A stretch of DNA of 41,221 bases from a virus. The stretch covers positions 1 through 41,221 of IMG/VR virus record IMGVR_UViG_3300004242_000001; one strand, written 5' to 3'. Below the pieces are notes generated by a model, which was not told where the DNA came from, did no database searches, and saw nothing but the letters and a program-made list of their open reading frames with translations. Position numbers and translations under genes: made by a program. This document shows positions 9,097 through 17,825 of this stretch, piece after piece. How positions within the stretch are numbered: the first letter of the stretch is position 1; each line of letters opens with the position of its first letter.

Positions 9097-9446
9097 CTCG
9101 CCGTCCTCAACGTCAGGCGCGTCATCGCGCTCTCGCTGTCATGCTCCACGTTCAAAATCTCGTATGTCCGCGCCCCAACCACAAAGCGCATCTTCTCGTC
9201 CGCCGCGTAATTGCCAGCCAGCAAAGCCACGTCCGTCGCGTCCAGCCATTTCTGCGTGGCGCTCCGCCGTTCCCCGCCGCCCTGCGGCGAAATCCTGCAC
9301 CGCACATTCGCCCACGCATCTGCCCAAGTCACAACCACCGCGCCCGCCCCATCCTGCGCCTCTGCCCCGCGCTGAATCGTCCCGCTCTGGTTGAAGAACG
9401 TATCTCCCAACAGCGTCAACAACAGCGAATGAATAATGGCTCCCAT
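9093..9446 (-). CDS. Head closure / head-tail joining protein (Hc1 type)
   Basis: 117 aa with …VRCRISPQGGGERRSATQ…RTYEILNVEH…, typical of the Phage_H_T_join family. Confidence 0.6.
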   Translation of the reverse strand: MGAIIHSLLLTLLGDTFFNQSGTIQRGAEAQDGAGAVVVTWADAWANVRCRISPQGGGERRSATQKWLDATDVALLAGNYAADEKMRFVVGARTYEILNVEHDSESAMTRLTLRTAR

Positions 9447-9447
9447 C

Positions 9448-9834
9448 CTACAAATCCCCCCGCAAAACCTGGTTCCTCACCCGCTCGCGGCGCGTAAAGG
9501 CGTTCAAACCCAGCTCCGCGTAATCGAACAAATCCCCGCCCTCGGCATCCTCAGCCGTCGCCTCAACCCGCAGCGTCGCTGCATGGTCGCGCAACGCCCG
9601 CGCCGTCTGCGCCCCATCCGTAGACAAATCCAAAACCCGAATCACCTTCAACACCAGCGCCTGGTTGCTCGCAATCGTATCCAACGCCGCCGCCGCCGCT
9701 CGCTTTACGCCGTCGTTCATCGCCAAAAAAGCCGCAATTTCAGCGTCTTCAAAAATCGCGTTTGCCTCAACGCGGTCATTGATTATCAACCGCACCCGCC
9801 CCGCGTCCGTCGTTGGATCATAGGTAAATGTCAT
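9448..9834 (-). CDS. Head-tail adaptor (Ad1 type)
   Basis: First gene after the capsid gene, Ala-rich and helical. The ATG at 9834 (MTFTYDP…) is preferred over the TTG at 9849, which lies in a hairpin. Confidence 0.5.
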   Translation of the reverse strand: MTFTYDPTTDAGRVRLIINDRVEANAIFEDAEIAAFLAMNDGVKRAAAAALDTIASNQALVLKVIRVLDLSTDGAQTARALRDHAATLRVEATAEDAEGGDLFDYAELGLNAFTRRERVRNQVLRGDL

Positions 9835-9850
9835 CGCTCTGCGCTCCAAT

Positions 9851-9882
9851 GGCGGCGGAAAGACTCGCGCCCTCCCGCCGCC
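9851..9882 (-). other. GC hairpin downstream of the capsid gene (possible attenuator or mRNA stabiliser)
   Basis: GGCGGCGG…CCGCCGCC 8-bp stem with a 16-nt loop and no U-tract. Confidence 0.4.
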
Positions 9883-9917
9883 ACACTGTTCACTGACTAC
9901 TGATCACTGCCCGCTGT
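9883..9917. repeat. Heptamer tandem repeat array 3 (about 5 units, NNACTGN on plus; TCAGTRR in mRNA sense)
   Basis: acactgt tcactga ctactga tcactgc ccgctgt, immediately 3' of the capsid gene stop. Confidence 0.7.
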
Positions 9918-9919
9918 CG

Positions 9920-11083
9920 CTACGACCCCGACCCGTTGGATCCCATGGTCATCTTCGGGTCGATGCTGGCTCCGCCGAACACATGGCGCACCTTGTACTC
10001 GATGGTATCGGTATCGAAATCGCCGCTCATCGCATCCTCGCCGCCGCCTACGCGGGACGAATTGGGGCTCTTGATGAAAATCTCAGGCTCCTCATGCCCC
10101 GCCAGGAAGTCGATCTGCATCGCAGCGCGTCCGCTGTTCGGGTTCGCAAACAAAAACCACGAGGTGTTGCCGTTCGCAGTGCTGGCGACAATCGGGATGT
10201 AATAATCCACATTCAAGCGGAACTTGGTCTTCATCCAGTTCGCCGCCACCAGTTTGGTATTGCTGGTGCCGCCCTTCTCGGTCAATTCCAATTGCAGCGC
10301 GTTGAGGTAATTCAACGCAACCACTTCGAGCGCGGGCGGCACAACCAACTCCACCGTATCGATGAAAATCGGCTCGCCATTTTCGTCGGTCTTACCCGCC
10401 AATTGGGTCATGGCGGTTTGCAGGGCTGCCACCGAAAGCGCTGGGTTGCTGGTCACCTTGTTCAGGTTTCCAGTGGTGTACACGCTGGCATGGGGTCCGC
10501 TTGCATCCACATATAGTCCAGTCACGAACTTCTGCTCAGAGCGCCGCGCCGCGCGTCCGTAGCGGGCGGGGATATCCGCCAACGCTTCCATGTCGTCGTT
10601 CATCATGGTTTCCCACGCCAGCGGGATTCTCCGCCCGCGTTTCGATACCGCGTATTCGATGGGAGTGTTCTCGTTCAGCTTCGCAATAGGATACTGCTGC
10701 TGTTGCTTCACTTCAGGCAAAACCTGGTCGCCGCCATAAACGCTGAAACGCTTCACGCTGCGGAAGTCGCGCACACGACCCACCTTCGTGAAATTGCGGT
10801 AACTCTGCGGGGTTTCCTGGTATGCCGCCAGCAACTGGCGATCCAGCACATCCCCGAACAAATAAGGGAAGTCGCTGGTGGTCATGGCTTCCTGCAATTG
10901 GTACATCGGGCGCTTCCCCGTATACACGCCTGCAATCAACTTCGCAGCTTCGGCAAGTTGTTGCTGGTAACGCGCAGACCTGCTTGTTGCGCCGCGCACA
11001 GACTTCCCTTCGCCGCTGAACAGCCTTTGGATGCTCGCCTCTTCGGCGCGGATGGTTTCGATTACTTCAAGAAAATCAGCCAT
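9920..11083 (-). CDS. Major capsid protein (HK97-fold class)
   Basis: 387 aa, AGGAGG RBS, positioned after the scaffold and decoration genes. The sequence resembles phage major head subunits. Confidence 0.75.
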   Translation of the reverse strand: MADFLEVIETIRAEEASIQRLFSGEGKSVRGATSRSARYQQQLAEAAKLIAGVYTGKRPMYQLQEAMTTSDFPYLFGDVLDRQLLAAYQETPQSYRNFTKVGRVRDFRSVKRFSVYGGDQVLPEVKQQQQYPIAKLNENTPIEYAVSKRGRRIPLAWETMMNDDMEALADIPARYGRAARRSEQKFVTGLYVDASGPHASVYTTGNLNKVTSNPALSVAALQTAMTQLAGKTDENGEPIFIDTVELVVPPALEVVALNYLNALQLELTEKGGTSNTKLVAANWMKTKFRLNVDYYIPIVASTANGNTSWFLFANPNSGRAAMQIDFLAGHEEPEIFIKSPNSSRVGGGEDAMSGDFDTDTIEYKVRHVFGGASIDPKMTMGSNGSGS

Positions 11084-11096
11084 TGTTTCCTCCTGG

Positions 11097-11459
11097 CTAC
11101 GCCAGAACCTTCATAACGTTGATGGTGTCGGTGGAACCGCTGGCGATGGCTTCCATCGCAAAGCCAAACAAACGCCCCGTGTCCTTCTTGCTCAACACAG
11201 GCGTGTCCGCGTCCACATAATAGATTTTGTCGCCAACAGCCACAGCAGAATTGCCGCTGCCATTGATGCCTTTCACAGACACGTCCCACACCTTGCCAGG
11301 CGCGAAGTCCACAACGGTTTTGCCGTCGCTTTCCTCGTCAGCCAGAGCAACGCCTGTCAACTCGCCAACGCGCACAGGGTCGCCAGAGTTGGGTTCGGTC
11401 GGGTGCGAACAGGTCACAGGGAGTCCGTTCGCGCCGTCATACATCAAATTAGTTGCCAT
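11097..11459 (-). CDS. Head decoration / cement protein (DUF2190-like)
   Basis: 120 aa, Gly/Val-rich beta protein (…GDPVRVGELTGVALADEE…GDKIYYVDADTPVLSKK…) directly upstream of the capsid gene. Confidence 0.6.
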   Translation of the reverse strand: MATNLMYDGANGLPVTCSHPTEPNSGDPVRVGELTGVALADEESDGKTVVDFAPGKVWDVSVKGINGSGNSAVAVGDKIYYVDADTPVLSKKDTGRLFGFAMEAIASGSTDTINVMKVLA

Positions 11460-11475
11460 ATTTCACCTCGAATTT

Positions 11476-11538
11476 TCACTGATTACTGATTACTGATCAC
11501 TGACCACTGATTACTGATCACTGACCACTGACCACTGA
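11476..11538. repeat. Heptamer tandem repeat array 1 (9 units of YYACTGA)
   Basis: tcactga ttactga ttactga tcactga ccactga ttactga tcactga ccactga ccactga, filling the scaffold-decoration intergenic gap. Confidence 0.9.
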
Positions 11539-12879
11539 CTACTTGCGACCTTGCGCGGCTTTCTTCGCCGCGGCTTCGCTCAAACCAAGGTCTGAAAAAG
11601 CTCCTTCGAGCGTTTCTTCGAACTTGACATCAGCCTCACCGCCATCATCACTGGCAGACTCGCCCAGCCCCTTGATCGTTCCCAAGCCCAGCGTCTTGGT
11701 CAGGTATTCCACCTCAGCCGTCACCACTTCCGCGATTTTGGCTTTGAAGGCTTCCACATCCAACGCGCCGTCTTTCATCGGGGCAGCCATCGGCAGGCTC
11801 TCAATCAAACGCGCCTTGGTCGCCTCAGGCAGGCTCTGGCTGGCAAGCGCCGCCGTCACCGCATCCTTCGCGTCGCGCAACGCCAACGCTTCTTTCAGCC
11901 TGGCGTTCTCGTCAGTTGTTTTGCTCACAGTTGTCTGGAGCGTGGCAACGGACTCTTGCAATGCCTTGAATTCTTTCTCGTCCATACTGTTGCTCTCCTT
12001 TACAAAATTTGTTCCCACGCTCTCAGTCGTGGTGTTTTGAACAGCGCCACGCGCTGCTTCAAATAACGATACGATTTGACCGCCTGCCCCTGGAACGGTC
12101 ACGAAATCAATACTCCTTCCCCTTGACAATTCGGTAACGATGGCGCCTTCGCGCCCCTCAGCCATTCCCTGCTGCGCCTTCCCCGTCGCGCGAATGCTCG
12201 TTCCGATATGAGGCGCAAGGTCATCGATGGCGGATTTGTACGACTCGAAAACCTTTGCATCCGCGTACAATCCAGCGCCCGCCTTACCATTTGCCATGTA
12301 CCGCGCATCCGTCATCAGTTCAGCCGCGAGATTACGTAGATCACCCTCAGGACGTTCAGCCTCTTCCCGTGGCGTCTGGTGATTCCAATACATCTTCGTC
12401 CCCTTCTTGAAGACCTTGGGACCGTCCCGCTCCAGCACCTCGGCAGGGTAATAACCGCTCGATCCCCAACCAGGCTGGATGATCTTCACAGGGATCGTTC
12501 CATCCCCACGCACAGCTTTCTCGATCAACGGCACGCACATCGACTGAGCGCCACTCTCGACAAACTCCGCCGCCTCGCTGACCTGCTGACCCGCCGCGTC
12601 GCTCGGAGCCTCGTCCCACGGACGCCGCTCGAACAACTGCGGAGCGTTCTCCGTCAAATGCTGGTGATACCCATCCAACGCCACCCCAATCGCGCCAGAC
12701 AAAACCTTCCGCTCATCGCGCGTCACATTCCCCTGCCCGAACATATCGTCAGCCATATTCGTCAGCGACAAATGCAAACGGCTCTCCAGCCACTCCGCCA
12801 GGTTCATCTTCTCCTGAAACGGTATCTCAGCCGAAACCCCAATTGACTCCAGAAACTTTTTGAATAGATTTTTTTTCAT
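11539..12879 (-). CDS. Scaffolding protein, possibly a prohead protease-scaffold fusion
   Basis: 446 aa between the MuF-like and decoration genes. The C-terminal half is Ala/Glu/Lys-rich coiled coil. The N-terminal half has the conserved-looking block IIQPGWGSSGYYPAEVLERDGPKVF. Confidence 0.55.
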   Translation of the reverse strand: MKKNLFKKFLESIGVSAEIPFQEKMNLAEWLESRLHLSLTNMADDMFGQGNVTRDERKVLSGAIGVALDGYHQHLTENAPQLFERRPWDEAPSDAAGQQVSEAAEFVESGAQSMCVPLIEKAVRGDGTIPVKIIQPGWGSSGYYPAEVLERDGPKVFKKGTKMYWNHQTPREEAERPEGDLRNLAAELMTDARYMANGKAGAGLYADAKVFESYKSAIDDLAPHIGTSIRATGKAQQGMAEGREGAIVTELSRGRSIDFVTVPGAGGQIVSLFEAARGAVQNTTTESVGTNFVKESNSMDEKEFKALQESVATLQTTVSKTTDENARLKEALALRDAKDAVTAALASQSLPEATKARLIESLPMAAPMKDGALDVEAFKAKIAEVVTAEVEYLTKTLGLGTIKGLGESASDDGGEADVKFEETLEGAFSDLGLSEAAAKKAAQGRK

Positions 12880-12890
12880 GCGATCTCCTT

Positions 12891-12932
12891 TTACTGATCA
12901 CTAATTACTGACCACTGAGCGCTGAGCGCTGT
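12891..12932. repeat. Heptamer tandem repeat array 2 (6 units, plus one degenerate unit)
   Basis: ttactga tcactaa ttactga ccactga gcgctga gcgctgt, just upstream of the scaffold gene RBS. Confidence 0.8.
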
Positions 12933-13037
12933 TTACTTTTTCGGCAAACTTGAAACTGGCTTGCCATTTACTAATATGCCTGAACTCAAAACCTCACTGG
13001 TTGAGGCTGGCTTATGATTTTTCTTTTTTGGGGTCAT
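12933..13037 (-). CDS. Tiny Lys-rich ORF (34 aa) translationally coupled to the MuF-ART gene; speculative
   Basis: Its ATG overlaps the upstream TGA (ATGA). Hand translation: MTPKKKNHKPASTSEVLSSGILVNGKPVSSLPKK*. It is below the ORF-track length cutoff. Confidence 0.3.
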   Translation of the reverse strand: MTPKKKNHKPASTSEVLSSGILVNGKPVSSLPKK

Positions 13038-14500
13038 TTTGCAATCTCCAAAATAACAGTGACGCCACCGTTGTCCATGAGTTTTATTTCTTTGACAATC
13101 ATTGGCGTTCCAGGGGCAAATAAAACCTCAGCCTCCTCTGGAAGACCAGACAAACCATCAAGGTAAGCCGCTCCTGTTGTCCCTTTTGGAATAAATATGT
13201 CATAGTTGATTTGATTACGTTGGTCTCTAATATTGTTCATTACCGAGGTTGACATAAATCCTTGATCAACAAGGACATCGCCAGCTTTCACGGAACCACT
13301 TTGAAGGGCATCATATAATTCTGGATACCTGAACCCACGCGTAACCTGTAAATCCATAGGGATTGCAGGCGAGTTTTCAAGCGCTTCTCTTGCCAGCCTA
13401 ATTGATTGCGCTATTTCATCATCCACAGCCGTATAATTTCCAGTACGCAACGCTTCATTCATGGCTACATAGCCGTCGTTTGTATATTCAAATATTGCGT
13501 CTTTCTGCTTATCGCTTAGATTGCTTTTCCACTTACTGGCTGTTGTATCAAATCGTAAATCTGCATCATCGGATGATTTGAAACGAGCGCCAACTCTTGC
13601 TTTCTCAACGCGAGGAGTTGTATCTTTGACGCTATTTTCTTCTTTCTTCATTCTGTATATTTCTAAGCATCTGCACCCTGGAAACCTCAACGGTCCCATG
13701 TGTCCGCTCGCATGAGCCTTATCGAAAGCAATCCAGCCGTCAGCCTCGTTGGCTTTGCAACCCTCGCTCACCTTCGCATCGCCAACCGTTGACCACATCT
13801 TTTCCATATCCAGCCCAGCATCCTGCAAATCCTTTGCCACAATGCGGTTGCCCTCCTCGTATGCCTGCCCTATTTCCGTCACCGCAATCAAATGGGCGCG
13901 GCTGTCGATATGTTCCTGTGGCTTGCCAACGGCAAAGCCTTCGAACCGCTCGATGATCGCCTCCGCCGTCCGCTTGTACGACCATCCATCATCGGTTGCC
14001 TTGGTAATCAACGTTTGCAAATACTCGCGCGTGGTCTCGTTGATTTTTGCGACTCTATCCGCGCCATAATTCTTCAAGTAATCCACAGCGCGCGGGTTCT
14101 TCAGGTCAAAGCTCGCCCTGATACCCATCTCTGCCAGCGCCCCAGTGCCGCCATATTTCAGCGCCTTGGTCGCCGCCGCATCGATTGGAGCCGCAAACAG
14201 CTTCACCGTCTCCATCTGCACCTGCGCCCAAATCATGTTCACTTCATCGGGAGGGACCGCCTCGCTGAAAGTCATCGTCAGCCATTCGTCATACGTCTCG
14301 AACGGATCGCTTGCGCTTTCAGAAAAACGCCTGCCAACCTGGCGGAACTTTCGCGCCATCAAATCTCCCTGCGCCCTGAACCCCTTCCGCATCGCAGTCT
14401 CCAGCGGATAGATCAAACGCTCCGCCTTCTTCCGCATCCCACCCCGCGAAACCGCCTCCAGCAACTCCTCAGCCAGCCGAAGAACTAACTCATCATTCAT
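13034..14500 (-). CDS. MuF / SPP1 gp7-like minor head protein fused to a C-terminal R-S-E ADP-ribosyltransferase domain
   Basis: MuF part: …HLIAVTEIGQAYEEGN…WSTVGDAKVSEGC…FPGCRCLE. ART part (about 13037..13513): YTNDGYVAMNEALR, VTRGF (Arg), GFMSTSV (STS) and PEEAEVLF (ExE). Confidence 0.8.
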   Translation of the reverse strand: MNDELVLRLAEELLEAVSRGGMRKKAERLIYPLETAMRKGFRAQGDLMARKFRQVGRRFSESASDPFETYDEWLTMTFSEAVPPDEVNMIWAQVQMETVKLFAAPIDAAATKALKYGGTGALAEMGIRASFDLKNPRAVDYLKNYGADRVAKINETTREYLQTLITKATDDGWSYKRTAEAIIERFEGFAVGKPQEHIDSRAHLIAVTEIGQAYEEGNRIVAKDLQDAGLDMEKMWSTVGDAKVSEGCKANEADGWIAFDKAHASGHMGPLRFPGCRCLEIYRMKKEENSVKDTTPRVEKARVGARFKSSDDADLRFDTTASKWKSNLSDKQKDAIFEYTNDGYVAMNEALRTGNYTAVDDEIAQSIRLAREALENSPAIPMDLQVTRGFRYPELYDALQSGSVKAGDVLVDQGFMSTSVMNNIRDQRNQINYDIFIPKGTTGAAYLDGLSGLPEEAEVLFAPGTPMIVKEIKLMDNGGVTVILEIAK

Positions 14501-16161
14501 AAGTTATCTTTCTCCTCCCCCATTTTGGTACTCTCCCCAAATGGGGGAGGTTGGGAGGGGGCTTCCTTGAATTCTTTCACCGCGTCCAAAAACTTCCGCG
14601 CTGCCTCTTTTATCCTCGCCTCACTGCTGGGTATCGAAGCCGCGCCAGTACCTGCTGGCATCGTCGCGCCATCGGGGAATATCTCCGCCATGATCTCGTC
14701 GATGTCATCCTGCCCCAAAGCAGAGAGGATCAACCGCACCCCAATCTCTGGCGGAATCAGGTTGATGATCTCCTGACCGTTCAACGTCAACGCCGTTACC
14801 ACCGCCTGCACCGAAGTCTGTACGTCCTTCTCCAGAATGGGCGGGAAGTCAATATCCAGCATCGTACTCACGCCGCTGTTCCACTTGACCTTTTCGTCTT
14901 TCTCGCCGTCATCCAGGATGTCTTCAACGGTTCCCAGGCTCTTTACCTCGCTGTTGTACTTCGCCGCCTGCAACATCACATAATTTATGATGGAACGCAA
15001 AACATCCGTCCACATCGTCTGGCGTTCCTTCATTGCCAGTTCTGTCGGTCTGTCCATCGTCTTAGCCGTGGCAAACGTCCCCACGCTCACATCGCCAAAA
15101 TACGTTTCTGGCAGTCCAACAGCCGCCGCCACCATCAACAAAAAACGCCTGCCATCCTCCGCGCTGATCGCCGCCCCGCGTAACTGCATCGGCTGCAAAT
15201 CCGTCCCTTCGCCCAAAAACGCCATTGCCCCAGTCGCAGGCGCAGGGTTCGTCTCGGTGGAAGTTCCGCCAGTTGCCAGCGTCGTCGCCATCTTTGCCCG
15301 CTCCGCCGCAATCGCCTTCTTCCCGCCCTTCGTCACACGCTTCCACGCAAAACGGCTATAAGCCCGCATCAGCGATGCTACGTCCTCCAAAAACTCCTTA
15401 TACGCCCGTGCCCAATCTACAGCCTGGTAAATCTCGCTCACGCCAAACTTCCAGTTGCTCATGCCCCCCGTTCGCACGTGATAAACGGGAGTGCCCCACT
15501 TCACTTCCATCCCGCCGATTTTCTTCATGCGGTTCACGGGGTTATATGTCCAGGCTGGGTAACATGCCTTTTGGGTTTTCGTCACCCGTCGCCCATCAGC
15601 CGTTATTCCCTTCTCCGTCCACTGCCTCACGTAATACCAGGGACTCTTACTGTCCTCTGGGTCGCTGATAATCTCGCTGATCTCGTCGAACGGCAGCGTG
15701 CGTACTCGTACCCGCCCATCGGTGGGACGTGTAAAAAATACAAAGAAAATATTGCTTTCCACTCGCAGGTCATATTCCTTGTAAATCTGCGCCTGGTGAC
15801 TCGTCAACTCTGCGCGGTTCTTCTCATCGTCCCAGAAATCCTGCAAGACCTTGTTCAACACAGGGTTCTTGAACTTGACCGTAATCCCCTGCCCCCATAC
15901 ATACAAAGCCTGCACCAGCACCGCGCGGTTCACCAGCGGGTTCTTGATGAACATCATCCGCGCCAGTTCCACGATCTTCCGCAAACCGTCGCGGCTGAAC
16001 TCCTGCTGCCCCTCCATCATCAGGCGCATCCAGTTCGCATCCTCCAGCGCCAGTTCCAACTCTGCCATGCGCTCGGTCAACGTCTCATTCTCGAAACTGG
16101 CTTGCGCCAATTCCTGAAGCGCTGTTTCCTGTAATTGTGCCTGCCGTCTATTTTTTGCCAT
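14497..16161 (-). CDS. Portal protein
   Basis: 554 aa between TerL and the MuF-like gene, which is the canonical order. ATGA coupling to the downstream gene. Confidence 0.7.
   Translation of the reverse strand: MAKNRRQAQLQETALQELAQASFENETLTERMAELELALEDANWMRLMMEGQQEFSRDGLRKIVELARMMFIKNPLVNRAVLVQALYVWGQGITVKFKNPVLNKVLQDFWDDEKNRAELTSHQAQIYKEYDLRVESNIFFVFFTRPTDGRVRVRTLPFDEISEIISDPEDSKSPWYYVRQWTEKGITADGRRVTKTQKACYPAWTYNPVNRMKKIGGMEVKWGTPVYHVRTGGMSNWKFGVSEIYQAVDWARAYKEFLEDVASLMRAYSRFAWKRVTKGGKKAIAAERAKMATTLATGGTSTETNPAPATGAMAFLGEGTDLQPMQLRGAAISAEDGRRFLLMVAAAVGLPETYFGDVSVGTFATAKTMDRPTELAMKERQTMWTDVLRSIINYVMLQAAKYNSEVKSLGTVEDILDDGEKDEKVKWNSGVSTMLDIDFPPILEKDVQTSVQAVVTALTLNGQEIINLIPPEIGVRLILSALGQDDIDEIMAEIFPDGATMPAGTGAASIPSSEARIKEAARKFLDAVKEFKEAPSQPPPFGESTKMGEEKDNL
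14511..14561 (-). repeat. C-rich/G-rich hairpin element, copy A (inside the portal 3' end, upstream of the MuF-ART start)
   Basis: mRNA sense: CCCCCTCCCAACCTCCCCCATTTGGGGAGAGTACCAAAATGGGGGAGGAGA. Confidence 0.8.
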
Positions 16162-16172
16162 ACTGTCCTTTT

Positions 16173-16225
16173 TCCTCCTCCCGCCAATTCGGTGTTCTCC
16201 CGAATTTTGGGGAGGTTGGGAGGGG
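16173..16225 (-). repeat. C-rich/G-rich hairpin element, copy B (TerL-portal intergenic)
   Basis: mRNA sense: CCCCCTCCCAACCTCCCCAAAATTCGGGAGAACACCGAATTGGCGGGAGGAGGAA. Confidence 0.8.
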
Positions 16226-16226
16226 G

Positions 16227-17825
16227 TTATATCGGGCTGATATTCACCCGCTCCTCGTAAACCAACTCGTCTTCATCGTCCTGGCTTTCCTTCATAACCT
16301 CGACGATTTCGCGCATTTTGTTGTACGCCGTGCTCGAAGCGTCCACCTGGTCTTTGAAGCGCCCCTTCGGAAACGCCGCCAGTTCATCCATGTATTCATC
16401 GTTCCATCCGCCGCGCACCAGGCGCACACGCCCTGCCTGCGCCATCGTTGCAAACGGACCTGCATTGGTCTCTTTATCTCCAGTCACCTGTTCATAGAAA
16501 CCGATCAATCCGTTCATGCCCAGGTTGGCATTGGTTGCCTTCGCGCTGTCCAATCCCGCGCTCCCAGGGTCTTGCGGGTGAAGGATCATGTGCGGACCGT
16601 CGAGCGCATAATCCTGTTTGCCGATCTCGATCATCTTGCTCTCGCGCTCTGCCGAAGAGACCTGTCCCTTCCACACATGCTCCACGTAGATATAGTCATC
16701 GCGTCCCCAGGTCATCTTCACGCGGCTCGATCTTGCCCCGCCGCCCTGCGTCGCCGCCTTATCCCATCCGCTAATCCGCACCCATACCTCGCTCGGAGCC
16801 TGATCCACAACCGCGAACCAGTCCCGCTTGAACGTCGATCCTTGCTTGGCAAAGGGAGATTGCTGTACCAATGCCTCGAAGTCATAAAGACCCATGTCAG
16901 CCTTCATGCCCGCCATCCACTTCTCGTCGTACCAAGACGGGCAAAGCGCCGCGCCTGGCTTGCGCCCCAGCGGGTCGCTCAAAGGCAGGTACACGCCGTC
17001 TCGCATTTTTTTGCGCTGCTCTTTTTCATCCGCTGGATATGTATCCAATGCCAGTCCTGGCATACATACGACATCCCATTGACTTGCAAGCGGGTCGCTC
17101 ACCATGCGCCCCAACAACCTGCCTGCCAGGTCGTCTGGGTGCCAGCGGGTGTGGAAAATAACAATCGCCCCATTGGGACGTAAACGGGTACGCGCCGCAG
17201 ACTTGAACCAATCATCGACAACGTCTCTTCGGCTTTCGCTCTCAGCCTCATCACGGTTCTTGAACGGGTCATCGATAATGAACAGATGCGCGGGCAAGCC
17301 TGTAATACCGCCGCCCACGCCCGCGGCTTTCACGCCGCCTCGGTAGGGCTTCGCCAAATCCCACGCCTCGGTCGATCTCGAATCACTGCTCAAATCGACA
17401 GGCAGAGCCTTGCTGCTCTTCTGCCCAAATACCGCCTGGTATTCGTCGGTCGTAATCTGGTCGCGAATAAAACGGCTGTTTACAGTTGCCAGGCTGTCGC
17501 CGTAAGAAGTCAAAATAATCCTGCTGTCAGGCAGCAAGCCCAAAAACCACGCGGGGAAATTTCGGCTTGCAATTTGACTCTTGCCATGTTGCGGCGGAAT
17601 AAAAATCATCAATCGACCAATACCCTGTTTGCCGCCGCTCGCCACATAAAGCGCCACCTGCTGCATCTTCGATGCCAGGTAACGCACGTGCGCGGGCGTC
17701 TCGTAACGTGGGTCTACATACTGGCAGTACGCAAGGAAATTCTTCCGCGCCTGCTCGCGCAGTTTCTTTTCATCCTTCGCCTCTCGCGGAGTCATCTGTA
17801 AGCCGCTGTCCAACGGGGGGAGCAT
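16227..17825 (-). CDS. terL: Terminase large subunit
   Basis: Walker A-like IPPQHGKSQ and Walker B-like HLFIIDDP, with a C-terminal nuclease-type region. The start overlaps the TerS stop (TAATG). Confidence 0.9.
   Translation of the reverse strand: MLPPLDSGLQMTPREAKDEKKLREQARKNFLAYCQYVDPRYETPAHVRYLASKMQQVALYVASGGKQGIGRLMIFIPPQHGKSQIASRNFPAWFLGLLPDSRIILTSYGDSLATVNSRFIRDQITTDEYQAVFGQKSSKALPVDLSSDSRSTEAWDLAKPYRGGVKAAGVGGGITGLPAHLFIIDDPFKNRDEAESESRRDVVDDWFKSAARTRLRPNGAIVIFHTRWHPDDLAGRLLGRMVSDPLASQWDVVCMPGLALDTYPADEKEQRKKMRDGVYLPLSDPLGRKPGAALCPSWYDEKWMAGMKADMGLYDFEALVQQSPFAKQGSTFKRDWFAVVDQAPSEVWVRISGWDKAATQGGGARSSRVKMTWGRDDYIYVEHVWKGQVSSAERESKMIEIGKQDYALDGPHMILHPQDPGSAGLDSAKATNANLGMNGLIGFYEQVTGDKETNAGPFATMAQAGRVRLVRGGWNDEYMDELAAFPKGRFKDQVDASSTAYNKMREIVEVMKESQDDEDELVYEERVNISPI

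Noticed and set aside
11476-11538. Heptamer arrays as a CRISPR array or coding repeat
   Set aside because: The units are 7 bp with no spacers, far too short for CRISPR repeats. They contain stop codons in all frames, and no cas genes are present.
16173-16225. C/G-rich hairpin elements as intrinsic terminators
   Set aside because: None of the three copies is followed by a U-tract in the mRNA sense. Two of them sit between genes that must be co-expressed in fixed ratios.
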